DNA of 28,672 nt from Flexilinea sp. (GTDB lineage Bacteria; Spirochaetota; Spirochaetia; Sphaerochaetales; Sphaerochaetaceae), in contig CAVHSB010000001.1 of assembly GCA_963638635.1 (NCBI GenBank), forward strand, positions 7,126-35,797, in the 5' to 3' direction. The notes below the pieces were generated by a model. That model had not been told where the DNA came from. It made no database searches and worked only from the letters and a program-made list of their open reading frames with translations. Of the stretch, positions 1 to 8,177 are shown in pieces; position 1 is the first letter of the stretch, and the number at the start of each line of letters is the position of its first letter. Both the position numbers and the translations under genes were made by a program.

Positions 1-230
1 ATGTTGTACTTACCGGGCTTAGTCAATTTAAAGAAATGATAGAATGTAACAACTCCCCATATAGTCGCAAGAGGCACATCAAGAAGCCTTGCAACCTCTG
101 CTGCTGCTTCCTCTGAGATGTATCCTAGCTCTTCCTGGACCTTATGAAGAACCATAATCAGATTACCTGGCTTCTCTTTCCACGATTCAATGAAGCTTAA
201 AAGGTCATCAGAAAATAATTTCTGCGCCAT
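1..230 (-). CDS. NuoE/HndA-like 2Fe-2S subunit of an NAD(P)H-linked hydrogenase or dehydrogenase (5' part only; runs off the window)
   Basis: Manual translation from ATG at 230, with SD AGGAGG upstream: MAQKLFSDDLLSFIESWKEKPGNLIMVLHKVQEELGYISEEAAAEVARLLDVPLATIYGVVTFYHFFKLTKPGKYN. This is the typical NuoE/HndA N-terminus (LH..Q...GYI, VTFY..F). Confidence 0.85.
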   Translation of the reverse strand, partial: MAQKLFSDDLLSFIESWKEKPGNLIMVLHKVQEELGYISEEAAAEVARLLDVPLATIWGVVTFYHFFKLTKPGKYN

Positions 231-291
231 AGTTCCTCCTTATTACCACCTTCTCTTATTTTATAACTTTAATTAAATAAAAACATCAATT

Positions 292-309
292 TTCTGAATA
301 AATACATAT
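292..309. promoter_or_regulatory. Candidate Rex operator (weaker site), on the hndA-like side
   Basis: TTCTGAA-TAAA-TACATAT versus the Rex consensus TTGTGAA-N4-TTCACAA; 4 mismatches in an AT-rich region. Confidence 0.35.
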
Positions 310-315
310 TATTTA

Positions 316-345
316 TAGACATAGATACAATATTACTATTATAAT
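316..345 (+). promoter_or_regulatory. sigma70-type promoter of rex
   Basis: TAGACA(316-321)-N18-TATAAT(340-345); SD AAGGAG at 373-378. Confidence 0.55.
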
Positions 346-353
346 CATAGTTA

Positions 354-371
354 ATATGATTTGATTCACAT
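354..371. promoter_or_regulatory. Candidate Rex operator (autoregulation)
   Basis: ATATGAT-TTGA-TTCACAT versus TTGTGAA-N4-TTCACAA, lying between the -10 box and the rex SD. Confidence 0.5.
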
Positions 372-386
372 AAAGGAGATTCAGAT

Positions 387-1022
387 ATGAATAGTGAGCT
401 CTTAATCCGCATTACAAGATACTACAGGGCCCTCAATAGATTACGCGCGATAGGATTAGAAAAGGTTTTTGCACATAATCTTGCAGATGCTGCAGGGGTA
501 AGTGCGGCGATTGTAAGAAAGGATTTCTCAATTCTCAATATCCATGGACAGAAAAGAGGCGGCTATGAGATTCCTGAATTGATTAATACAATAGGTGCAA
601 TACTCGGTAAGGGAGAGGTCCAGAATGTAATAATCATAGGCTGCGGAAGAATCGGAAAGGCATTGATGCACTATACAGGCTTCGAGCCAGATGGCATCAA
701 GATAGTTGCCGGTTTCGACTCAGATCCTGTTGTATACTCAGATGCATCCTATCCTGTTCCGGTATATCCTATTACAAGACTTGACGAGGTTGTAAGTGCA
801 TTGAGAGTCAAATGCGCTATCATAACTGTAACGGAGTCAGCTGCAGCAGATTGCTACCAAAAGGCACTTGATGCAGGCATAACAGGGATTTTGAACTTTA
901 CTCCATTAACCCTGAAAAGCCAGAAGTGCAAGGATGGAACCACTGCTGTAGTTCATAATATCAACATCGCACTTGAGCTTGAGCAGATATTCTACGAGCT
1001 TCAATTCCCTGCTAAAGATTAG
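387..1022 (+). CDS. rex: Redox-sensing transcriptional repressor Rex
   Basis: N-terminal wHTH (YYRAL...VRKDFS...GGY) plus a Rossmann GCGRIG motif and ILNFTP. Confidence 0.95.
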   Translation: MNSELLIRITRYYRALNRLRAIGLEKVFAHNLADAAGVSAAIVRKDFSILNIHGQKRGGYEIPELINTIGAILGKGEVQNVIIIGCGRIGKALMHYTGFEPDGIKIVAGFDSDPVVYSDASYPVPVYPITRLDEVVSALRVKCAIITVTESAAADCYQKALDAGITGILNFTPLTLKSQKCKDGTTAVVHNINIALELEQIFYELQFPAKD

Positions 1023-1755
1023 AGCCTAGAAGTCGTGCATACGAGAATAGATATTGCTGGGAAAGTGCTTTATATGGCGAGAAGTAATCTAAATCCACTC
1101 CCTTATAGTACTTTTCCAATATTCTCTTCATCCAAACATCAATAGGAAAGCCATCCTTACGACCATAGCCGAATATAAGTATGCAGGATGCGACCTTAGG
1201 TCCTATTCCCTTTATACTCTCTAAGCGTGATAGCGCTGAATCGAAATCAAAAGCCTTAACCTCCTCTAGTATTTCACTCTTCTCTATTGCATCTAAAATA
1301 AAGGGAGCTCTGAAGCCAACACCAAGCGCTCTTAGCTCCTCATAGGTAGCACTCTTCATCTCTCCAGCTGTAGGGAAGGTATAGAAGCCATCCTCCACCT
1401 CATGTCCCCAGCGCATAGCTATTCTGTTATAAAGTCCTGTTATCCTCTTTATATTATTATTCTGCGAGAGTATGAAGGAGATTGTGGCTGTCCACTCATC
1501 CTGCTTCAGTATTCTAAGTGGGCCAACAGCATTGACGGCACTTTTGAGAACCTCGTCCTTTGATGCTATATCCGCCCTTGCCTTTTCATAATCATAATCT
1601 AAATCAAAATATGTTCTGAGATATGGATCTTCTATATCCTCAAGAGTAGATACTCTATAGACTCTGTCATTCAAGGCTGCTGCAAATACGCCATCAGCTT
1701 CCTCTCTCCACGAAAAGCTCTGGCCTCCTGTCAATATCTCTTTTAGGTTTTCCAT
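1012..1755 (-). CDS. ogg: 8-oxoguanine DNA glycosylase (Ogg1 family, HhH-GPD)
   Basis: GQSFSW, LRILKQD, SFILSQNNNIKRI, HhH motif IKGIGPKVASC with catalytic Lys, and FPIDVW with catalytic Asp. Confidence 0.92.
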   Translation of the reverse strand: MENLKEILTGGQSFSWREEADGVFAAALNDRVYRVSTLEDIEDPYLRTYFDLDYDYEKARADIASKDEVLKSAVNAVGPLRILKQDEWTATISFILSQNNNIKRITGLYNRIAMRWGHEVEDGFYTFPTAGEMKSATYEELRALGVGFRAPFILDAIEKSEILEEVKAFDFDSALSRLESIKGIGPKVASCILIFGYGRKDGFPIDVWMKRILEKYYKGVDLDYFSPYKALSQQYLFSYARLLGSNL

Positions 1756-1758
1756 GAG

Positions 1759-2715
1759 TCAGTTATAGCTCAATGTGAGCTTTAAAGCAAAGTGATCCGA
1801 GTAGCCCTTCTTCGATTTAACATCAAAGCGAAGAGGAAAGCCTGACGTATCCTTTGCCTCTATCGGAGAGACTATAGCTGTACTCTTATACTCAAGCCCT
1901 TTGTAATCAAAGGCTTCCTTTGAAAGCAATATATTATCCAGAAAGTACCATCTGCCTTGATAGAAATATGTTCCATCACCCTCTATCGCTCCAGGAAGAA
2001 GCATTGGAGAGAAGTAATGGTTATCGCCAAATCTTGTATCCTTTGTTGCAACGATTGCAGATGTAAGCGAGAGCTCGCTATCATCACATGCAATTCCATC
2101 CTCTCCTTCCTTAATATCAGCATTGAAGTCTCCTAAGACTGCAATGAGCCTACCCTTATTAAGAGATAATAAAGTAGCTAGAAGAGAGAATAGCTCATAG
2201 CGCTGTGCCATGCCATTATCATTAAGCTTGCTTGCAGCGTGTAGCGTATATATAGATATCTCTTCGCCGCCGAAACTGAAGAGCAGCTCCAAAATCGGCC
2301 GTGAGGAATCAACTGAGTGTATATTTGATTCAACAGGTGGTACCTTTGATATATATGCAACAGAAAATACATCAGATGACTCAGCAATGCCATAGTACTT
2401 GAAGCCATTCTTCTTAAGCCCTGCATCGAGCAGATCCTTTAGCACAGAGCTGTTTTCAACCTCCTGAAGCACTATAACATCGCTTTGCCCCATATGCTTT
2501 GCGATGTACTTCGAAGTAAGCTTCACTCTCTCTTTATATACCTCATAGGTATATCCATCACTCTGCTTAAATGGAGAGTACTCAACTCCAGAGTAATAAC
2601 CATCAAAGAAGAGATACATATTGTATGTTGATATTACAAACTCATTCTTGGACTTAGAATCCTTACAGGATGCCAAAAGCAGCACCATAGATAGAAATAA
2701 AAACACCTTCCTCAT
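1759..2715 (-). CDS. Endonuclease/exonuclease/phosphatase (EEP) family lipoprotein
   Basis: Lipobox LLASC at residue 17; EEP motifs TYN, LQEVEN, GDFN, LDNI, SDH. Confidence 0.88.
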   Translation of the reverse strand: MRKVFLFLSMVLLLASCKDSKSKNEFVISTYNMYLFFDGYYSGVEYSPFKQSDGYTYEVYKERVKLTSKYIAKHMGQSDVIVLQEVENSSVLKDLLDAGLKKNGFKYYGIAESSDVFSVAYISKVPPVESNIHSVDSSRPILELLFSFGGEEISIYTLHAASKLNDNGMAQRYELFSLLATLLSLNKGRLIAVLGDFNADIKEGEDGIACDDSELSLTSAIVATKDTRFGDNHYFSPMLLPGAIEGDGTYFYQGRWYFLDNILLSKEAFDYKGLEYKSTAIVSPIEAKDTSGFPLRFDVKSKKGYSDHFALKLTLSYN

Positions 2716-2766
2716 ACATATATATATGAAGAAAGTGCATTTTTTGCTTATAAACTGAATCTGAGG

Positions 2767-4575
2767 CTATTTAGCTACATATCTTTCTATCCACATAACT
2801 GAAAGTGGTTCAATATAGAATCCTATTCCAGGCTCGACTACAGTTCCACGGAATATATCTTTATAAAGTCCTGTGAAATACTCAAAACGTACAAACTCTA
2901 CATCCTCACTGAAGGATGAGATACAAAGCATATCCTTATCTTCTTTTCTTCTTCTGATTGAGAAGACACGATTGCAGCCGCTTTGCCATGTAGATATTTC
3001 AGCATCATAGTCAAAGGCTATAGATGAGCTTCTAGCAGCTTTCAATGCTTTAAGGAAAGACCAGATTGCATTCTCTTCTGTCTCCTCTGAATTCCGTCTT
3101 TCAGCTTTCATCCAATTGAACTTAGACCTATGCACATTTCGGCTATCAGCTCTCTTATCTGGATCATTCTTATATGAATAGTCATTGAGCTGGCCTATCT
3201 CATCTCCTGATGAAATCATAGGAAAGCCCTTCAATGACCACATAGTACCATAGACTAAGAAGATTCTTTGCAATGCTTTGTGCTTCTCATCATCTGTCTG
3301 AGCGCTCTCTAGCCCACATAGACTTGCAGTAGTTCCACATGATCTTGCGTCCTTTGTCTCTGAATCATAGTTATAAAGCTCACCTCGTGAATAAGATTCC
3401 GGGAAAATACCTGCTGCAAACTCATAGAGGAATATCTTATGAAGAAGAGGATCAATGCCAAAGCTTCTCTCATCATCCTCATCTAAGCCCCATCCAATAT
3501 CATCATGGCATCTTGCATAGTTAACAAAGGAATCTCTAAGAGGAAGAGAGAATATTCTCTCAGCTTGGGCCATAATCAGCCTAGCATCACGGCTGAATAA
3601 TGAAGACCATATATTCACCATCATCGGGACACCATACAAAAGCTGGCATTCGTCCATCTCTTCTCCAAAGTACGCCTTCAGCTCATTGGGAGCCATTACA
3701 ACCTCACCCTTGAGTATTACGCCTGGCGCTGCAATATCTAAAGCCAAGCGGAATATACGGAGAATCTTATGTACCTCTGGAAGATTCCTAGAGCTGGTGC
3801 CTAGCTTTTTCCATATATAAGGAACTGCATCCAGACGAAATACATCAACGCCCCAATTAGCAAGCTCTAGCATATTTGAGAGCATAGCAATAAGCACCTT
3901 AGGATTGTGATAGTTCAAATCCCATTGAAAGGGATAAAAACTGGACATAACCCATCCAGATAGCTCCTCTGACCATACAAAGCTTCCAGGAGCACTCTCA
4001 GGAAAGACATCGGGCGTCGTCTTTTCAAACTCATCTGGTATAGTCCTGTCTTTGAATACTTCATAATAGTCTAGGTATTCCTTATCTCCTCTTTTAGCCT
4101 TTTCTGCCCATATATGAGTAGATGATGTGTGATTCATAACAAAATCAAGACATATTGAAATATTCTCTTTATGGAGAGACGAAATTAAATGACAAAACTC
4201 TTCATTCGTTCCGAATTTAGAATCCATTGAAAGATAGTCATCTACAGCATAACCACCATCATTGAGTTTTGCAGGCATCTTCATTACAGGCATCAAATGA
4301 AGATATGTAATCCCAAGCTCCTTGAGATATGGAAGCTTCTCTTCTATTCCCTTGAAGGTGCCATTGAAGAGCTCTGTATACATCGTAAGCCCAACAGCAT
4401 CTCGACTAAGATACCAATATGGTTGAAGCCTTCTTTTCTCATCAAGGAGCTTCAGGTTGGCAGAACGTTTATCTTTATGCTTTTCTATGGCAATAAGAAG
4501 AGAGTTAAAATCTGCAGAATCTCCATATAAAGCGAAAAAGAGACTTCTCAGCTCTTCGATTTTAGCGTCATACAT
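2767..4575 (-). CDS. Amylosucrase-like GH13 glycoside hydrolase/transglycosylase
   Basis: YLHLMP, DGGYAV, NHTS, QWDLNY, FRLDAVPYIWK (nucleophile Asp), KGEVVMAP (acid/base Glu), RCHDDIGW, DSRNVHR. Confidence 0.88.
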   Translation of the reverse strand: MYDAKIEELRSLFFALYGDSADFNSLLIAIEKHKDKRSANLKLLDEKRRLQPYWYLSRDAVGLTMYTELFNGTFKGIEEKLPYLKELGITYLHLMPVMKMPAKLNDGGYAVDDYLSMDSKFGTNEEFCHLISSLHKENISICLDFVMNHTSSTHIWAEKAKRGDKEYLDYYEVFKDRTIPDEFEKTTPDVFPESAPGSFVWSEELSGWVMSSFYPFQWDLNYHNPKVLIAMLSNMLELANWGVDVFRLDAVPYIWKKLGTSSRNLPEVHKILRIFRLALDIAAPGVILKGEVVMAPNELKAYFGEEMDECQLLYGVPMMVNIWSSLFSRDARLIMAQAERIFSLPLRDSFVNYARCHDDIGWGLDEDDERSFGIDPLLHKIFLYEFAAGIFPESYSRGELYNYDSETKDARSCGTTASLCGLESAQTDDEKHKALQRIFLVYGTMWSLKGFPMISSGDEIGQLNDYSYKNDPDKRADSRNVHRSKFNWMKAERRNSEETEENAIWSFLKALKAARSSSIAFDYDAEISTWQSGCNRVFSIRRRKEDKDMLCISSFSEDVEFVRFEYFTGLYKDIFRGTVVEPGIGFYIEPLSVMWIERYVAK

Positions 4576-4594
4576 ACTCTAGGCCTATATAAAA

Positions 4595-5872
4595 TCAAGG
4601 TTTCAATGCTGTAAGAGGCACAACATAGACACCATCCGGGCGTTTATATACAGCCCCCTCTAGCCCACATATTACAGCAAGCATCTTTGGGCCCTTTTCC
4701 TTATTATCATTTTCAATCTCTTTTTTGATTTTCAGAAGATTGGCTGCTCCTTCATCTATTTTGTTACGACCAAGCTTTATCTCAAAGCCACACCACTGTC
4801 CATCTGGAAGAGAGACAACAGCATCCATTTCTCTGTTTCTGTAATCAAGATAATGATATAGCTCTGCACCAAAGGCTTCAGCATATATCCTAAGATCTCT
4901 GACACATAGTGCTTCAAACAGACGACCAAGTGTTTCAAGATCTCCGATTAGACTGTCAGGAGTTGCGCCAAGAATGGCTGCGCTTAAAGATGGATCTACA
5001 AGATGCCTCTTTACCTGCTGTCTAACTCTAACTGTTGATCTGAGTCTAGAAGAAAAGGGAAGCTGGTTATCGACAAGAAGAAGCTTATTGAGTATATCAA
5101 GATATGAAGAAATAGTATCTGTAGTAACATCTCTATCACCATTTGCTTTGATATCATTCTGAAAGGTCTTAAGTGTAGCTGTTGATGACTCATTTCTTGC
5201 AAGAGACTTCAGAAGAAGCTGCATCAAGCTCTTATCTCTCTGGACACTATCTAAGCTGTATATATCTTTATTCAATATAGTGTTTATATAATCCCTGGGA
5301 AGAAGTATTGCATTATCAATACTCTTCCCGATATTTCCAGGCCATCCACCACGCAGAATAAAGTCAACAATATCCTCAAGCTTTACAGCTTCAAGAATCC
5401 TATTTTCAATCTCACCTTTGCATAATTTTTCAAGAGAAACATTCCCGCTAGATAGTCCCATCTCATAAAGACTCATAGGCCTCATTCTGAGTGTAGCTAT
5501 TCTTCCAGCCCCGCTATGCGAAATACTCTTCCAATTAGGAGTTGCAGAGCCAGTTAATATGAAGCGTCCAGAGTCATTGGATTTATCAACCTCAAAGCGC
5601 ACTGCATCCCATATAGCCGGAACATCCTGCCACTCATCTATAAGCCTTGGACTAGAACCAGGAAGCACAATAGAAGGATCAATCTCTGCATATTGCCTAT
5701 TTCTGTAGTTGCCTTCTGAGTCTGCAATGAAAAAAGCACTTGCAGAATGATATTTTGCTGTCCATGTCTTTCCTATGTACTTTGCGCCTTCAATATAAAC
5801 AGCACCAAAAGATGAAAGATATTTTTCAAGAATTGAATCAATTATCCTAGGTCTATATCTATCATTCTCCAT
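4595..5872 (-). CDS. AAA+ ATPase (AAA_14) with DUF4143 and a C-terminal PD-(D/E)XK-like domain
   Basis: YRPRIID start, Walker A GAKYIGKT, Walker B LIDEWQ, FILTGSA, HSGAGR, MRPMSL, GGWP, KRHLVDPSL, LFEAL, and EMDAVV...GFEIKLG. Confidence 0.92.
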   Translation of the reverse strand: MENDRYRPRIIDSILEKYLSSFGAVYIEGAKYIGKTWTAKYHSASAFFIADSEGNYRNRQYAEIDPSIVLPGSSPRLIDEWQDVPAIWDAVRFEVDKSNDSGRFILTGSATPNWKSISHSGAGRIATLRMRPMSLYEMGLSSGNVSLEKLCKGEIENRILEAVKLEDIVDFILRGGWPGNIGKSIDNAILLPRDYINTILNKDIYSLDSVQRDKSLMQLLLKSLARNESSTATLKTFQNDIKANGDRDVTTDTISSYLDILNKLLLVDNQLPFSSRLRSTVRVRQQVKRHLVDPSLSAAILGATPDSLIGDLETLGRLFEALCVRDLRIYAEAFGAELYHYLDYRNREMDAVVSLPDGQWCGFEIKLGRNKIDEGAANLLKIKKEIENDNKEKGPKMLAVICGLEGAVYKRPDGVYVVPLTALKP

Positions 5873-5890
5873 TTTGTAATCTCTTTGCTT

Positions 5891-5919
5891 ATTATATGAT
5901 TCATTTGGCCAGATTCTAA
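5891..5919 (-). promoter_or_regulatory. Promoter of the AAA/DUF4143 gene
   Basis: Minus strand TTAGAA(5919-5914)-N17-TATAAT(5896-5891), 18 nt upstream of the ATG at 5872; the -35 element lies inside repeat 1. Confidence 0.6.
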
Positions 5920-5968
5920 CTTTTCATTTGCCCGGATTTCAACTTTTTACTTGGCTAGATTTCAACTT
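5900..5968. repeat. Three tandem imperfect 23-bp direct repeats
   Basis: 5900 TTCATTTGGCCAGATTCTAACTT / 5923 TTCATTTGCCCGGATTTCAACTT / 5946 TTTACTTGGCTAGATTTCAACTT. Pairwise identity 18-19/23, no spacers; a GCTAGAT remnant follows at 5970. Confidence 0.9.
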
Positions 5969-5986
5969 TGCTAGATATCGAGACAG

Positions 5987-6014
5987 AAAAAAGGCCTATC
6001 CCTTAGATAAGCCT
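5987..6014 (-). terminator. Rho-independent terminator of clpP
   Basis: Minus-strand RNA AGGCUUAUC-UAAGG-GAUAGGCCU followed by a U run, 8 nt after the clpP stop. Confidence 0.8.
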
Positions 6015-6022
6015 CCTCTTTA

Positions 6023-6604
6023 TTAACGCTCTGAAGCGCTCTTAACTATTCTGCCAACAATGCCAAGCTTAAGAGCCTCGTCAGCATCAAGCCAATTATC
6101 ACGCTCTGTAGCTTCTCTAGCTTCTTCAAGCGACATTCCAGTAGCTTCAGCAATCAATGAGTCAAATCTGTTTCTCAGATTTACCATCTCCTCAGCCTCG
6201 ATATCAATCTGGATAGATGTCATATATGGAGAATCCTCACTTGCCTGCAATAGTGGCTGATGGATTAAATATCTAGTATTTGGAAGAGATAGTCTTCTGT
6301 CCCTTGGTACTGCAAGATAAAGAAGCGCTGCAGCAGATGCTACAAGTCCTGTTCCGATAATAGTAACTGGGCTATTTACATACTTGATGACATCAAAGAA
6401 TGCCAAGCCAGAGTAAGCATCTCCACCAGGAGAGTTAACATATACTGTTATAGGATCTGAGCTTTCGCTATCCATAGCTATTATCTGCTTCAGAAATGAA
6501 GCATAGCTGGCTTTAGATATCTCTTCAGCAATTACGATAGTTCTTTTATTATAGAGTTTATCTACGAGAGCTAGATCGCCCTCTTTCTTGTTTTGTTCGT
6601 CCAT
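6023..6604 (-). CDS. clpP: ATP-dependent Clp protease proteolytic subunit (stand-alone paralogue)
   Basis: YVNSPGG, catalytic Ser (VASAA), His (IHQP) and Asp (ERDNW). ATG at 6604 after AAAGGT is preferred over TTG at 6613. Confidence 0.9.
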   Translation of the reverse strand: MDEQNKKEGDLALVDKLYNKRTIVIAEEISKASYASFLKQIIAMDSESSDPITVYVNSPGGDAYSGLAFFDVIKYVNSPVTIIGTGLVASAAALLYLAVPRDRRLSLPNTRYLIHQPLLQASEDSPYMTSIQIDIEAEEMVNLRNRFDSLIAEATGMSLEEAREATERDNWLDADEALKLGIVGRIVKSASER

Positions 6605-6641
6605 ACCTTTCAATATATATGAAAAAAATCACTTTGGAAAG

Positions 6642-6670
6642 CTTACAGACTCGCTCACTCTTGCTATACT
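6642..6670 (+). promoter_or_regulatory. Extended -10 promoter of era (probably leaderless)
   Basis: CTTACA-N17-TATACT with TG at 6662-6663; ATG follows 6 nt later and there is no SD. Confidence 0.65.
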
Positions 6671-6676
6671 AAGCCC

Positions 6677-7561
6677 ATGAAAGTTGCAACAGTATCTGTA
6701 ATAGGACGTCCATCAGCTGGAAAGTCCACACTTGTAAATACAATATGTGAGATGAAAGTCTCAATCACAAGCCCTACACCTCAGACAACAAGAAATAAGA
6801 TAAGAGGCATCTACACAGACCAAAGAGGTCAGCTTATCTTCACAGATACACCGGGCTTCCATCTTGAGAATAGAGAGATAAACAAAAGAATGCAGGATGT
6901 TACTATATCTGCACTCCAGGATAGCGATATCATCCTATATATCATTGATGGAACTAGAAGCGCAAAGAAGGAAGAGGAAGCGCTTATTGAGATGGTAAGG
7001 AATGCCAAGGTTCCTACGGTTGCAGCTATCAACAAGAGCGATATCCTAACAGACAACAACAAGGATGATGCTCATTTCTTCTTAAAGGAGAATCTTCCAG
7101 ATGTTCCAGTTATCGAGATATCAGCAAAGGCTGATGAGGGCGTTGATGAGCTATTGATTGAGATATTCAAGCTAGCCAAGGAAGGCGAGCTTCTATATGG
7201 CGAGAATGAATACACAGATCAGGATCTTGAGTTCAGATTGTCTGAGATAATCAGAGAGAAGACAATAACAGGCTTAATCGAAGAAATGCCACATGTAATC
7301 TTTGTTGAGATTTCAGATATGGAATACAACGAAGAAGAGAAGGAGGTCTGGATACGCGCATTCATAAATGTAGAGCGTGAGGGACAGAAGGGCATTATAG
7401 TCGGCAAGGGCGGAGAGAACATAAAGAGAATAAGAGTCGAAGCCCAGAAAGAGATGAAGAGAATATTCCCAGGCTCTAGAGTACATCTTGATCTCAGAGT
7501 AAAATGCCAGGATAAATGGAGAACAAACTCCATAATCCTAGATAGGGTCTTCAAGGATTAA
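6677..7561 (+). CDS. era: GTPase Era
   Basis: GRPSAGKST, PQTTR, DTPG, NKSD, ISA, EIIREK, and KH domain QKGIIVGKGG. Confidence 0.97.
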   Translation: MKVATVSVIGRPSAGKSTLVNTICEMKVSITSPTPQTTRNKIRGIYTDQRGQLIFTDTPGFHLENREINKRMQDVTISALQDSDIILYIIDGTRSAKKEEEALIEMVRNAKVPTVAAINKSDILTDNNKDDAHFFLKENLPDVPVIEISAKADEGVDELLIEIFKLAKEGELLYGENEYTDQDLEFRLSEIIREKTITGLIEEMPHVIFVEISDMEYNEEEKEVWIRAFINVEREGQKGIIVGKGGENIKRIRVEAQKEMKRIFPGSRVHLDLRVKCQDKWRTNSIILDRVFKD

Positions 7562-8151
7562 TCAGCGTCCTTAGCTCTATGTCTTGCAATAGCGTCTAGA
7601 ACGGTATGTACATCGCTCTCGTGCTTATCAGAAATAGCAACTATGGAGATCTCCTCTATTGCAGCTAAAAGCGAAACAGTGATAATCAATCCAACAATCG
7701 TTCCTGTATAATCAGGAATAAGAGGCATAGCATAGATAGCAAAGAAAAGTCCTACGCTTGAGGCCTTATTGAGATAAGTATGATGCGATAGATAGCATCT
7801 ATACTTTATGAATGCGAGTATATAGCAGAAAAGTCTCATGGATGCAACAAATCCAAGATAAATCCAAATCCTAAGATTGAGATGAGCAAGCAGAAATGGC
7901 ATAAGCTTAGCATAAGCAATGACATAGAATATTAAATCAGATATGCTATCAAGCCTCGAGCCGAAAGTACTCTTGATCTCTAGCTTTCTTGCTATCGTTC
8001 CATCTACTACATCTGTAATACCAGCAAGCGTTAAGAATATGAGATAGCCTCTTGAAAAGACGCTAAACGGCACCATCATCACCGCAAATGGGATGCGTAG
8101 TGCCGTAACAAAGTTAGCTAGATTTCGCCTTATAAAGTCTCTCATATTCAT
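7558..8151 (-). CDS. CDP-alcohol phosphatidyltransferase family protein
   Basis: ANFVTALR and the signature DVVDGTIARKL...GSRLDSISD; several hydrophobic helices. Confidence 0.88.
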   Translation of the reverse strand: MNMRDFIRRNLANFVTALRIPFAVMMVPFSVFSRGYLIFLTLAGITDVVDGTIARKLEIKSTFGSRLDSISDLIFYVIAYAKLMPFLLAHLNLRIWIYLGFVASMRLFCYILAFIKYRCYLSHHTYLNKASSVGLFFAIYAMPLIPDYTGTIVGLIITVSLLAAIEEISIVAISDKHESDVHTVLDAIARHRAKDAD

Positions 8152-8177
8152 TAGATATAATAAATAATTGAGACGTT

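Noticed and set aside
2718..2727. (AT)n run as a phase-variable microsatellite
   Set aside because: Only about five units in AT-rich intergenic DNA; too short to support slippage.
5900..5968. CRISPR mini-array
   Set aside because: The units are directly adjacent with no spacers, are not palindromic, and there are no cas genes in the window.
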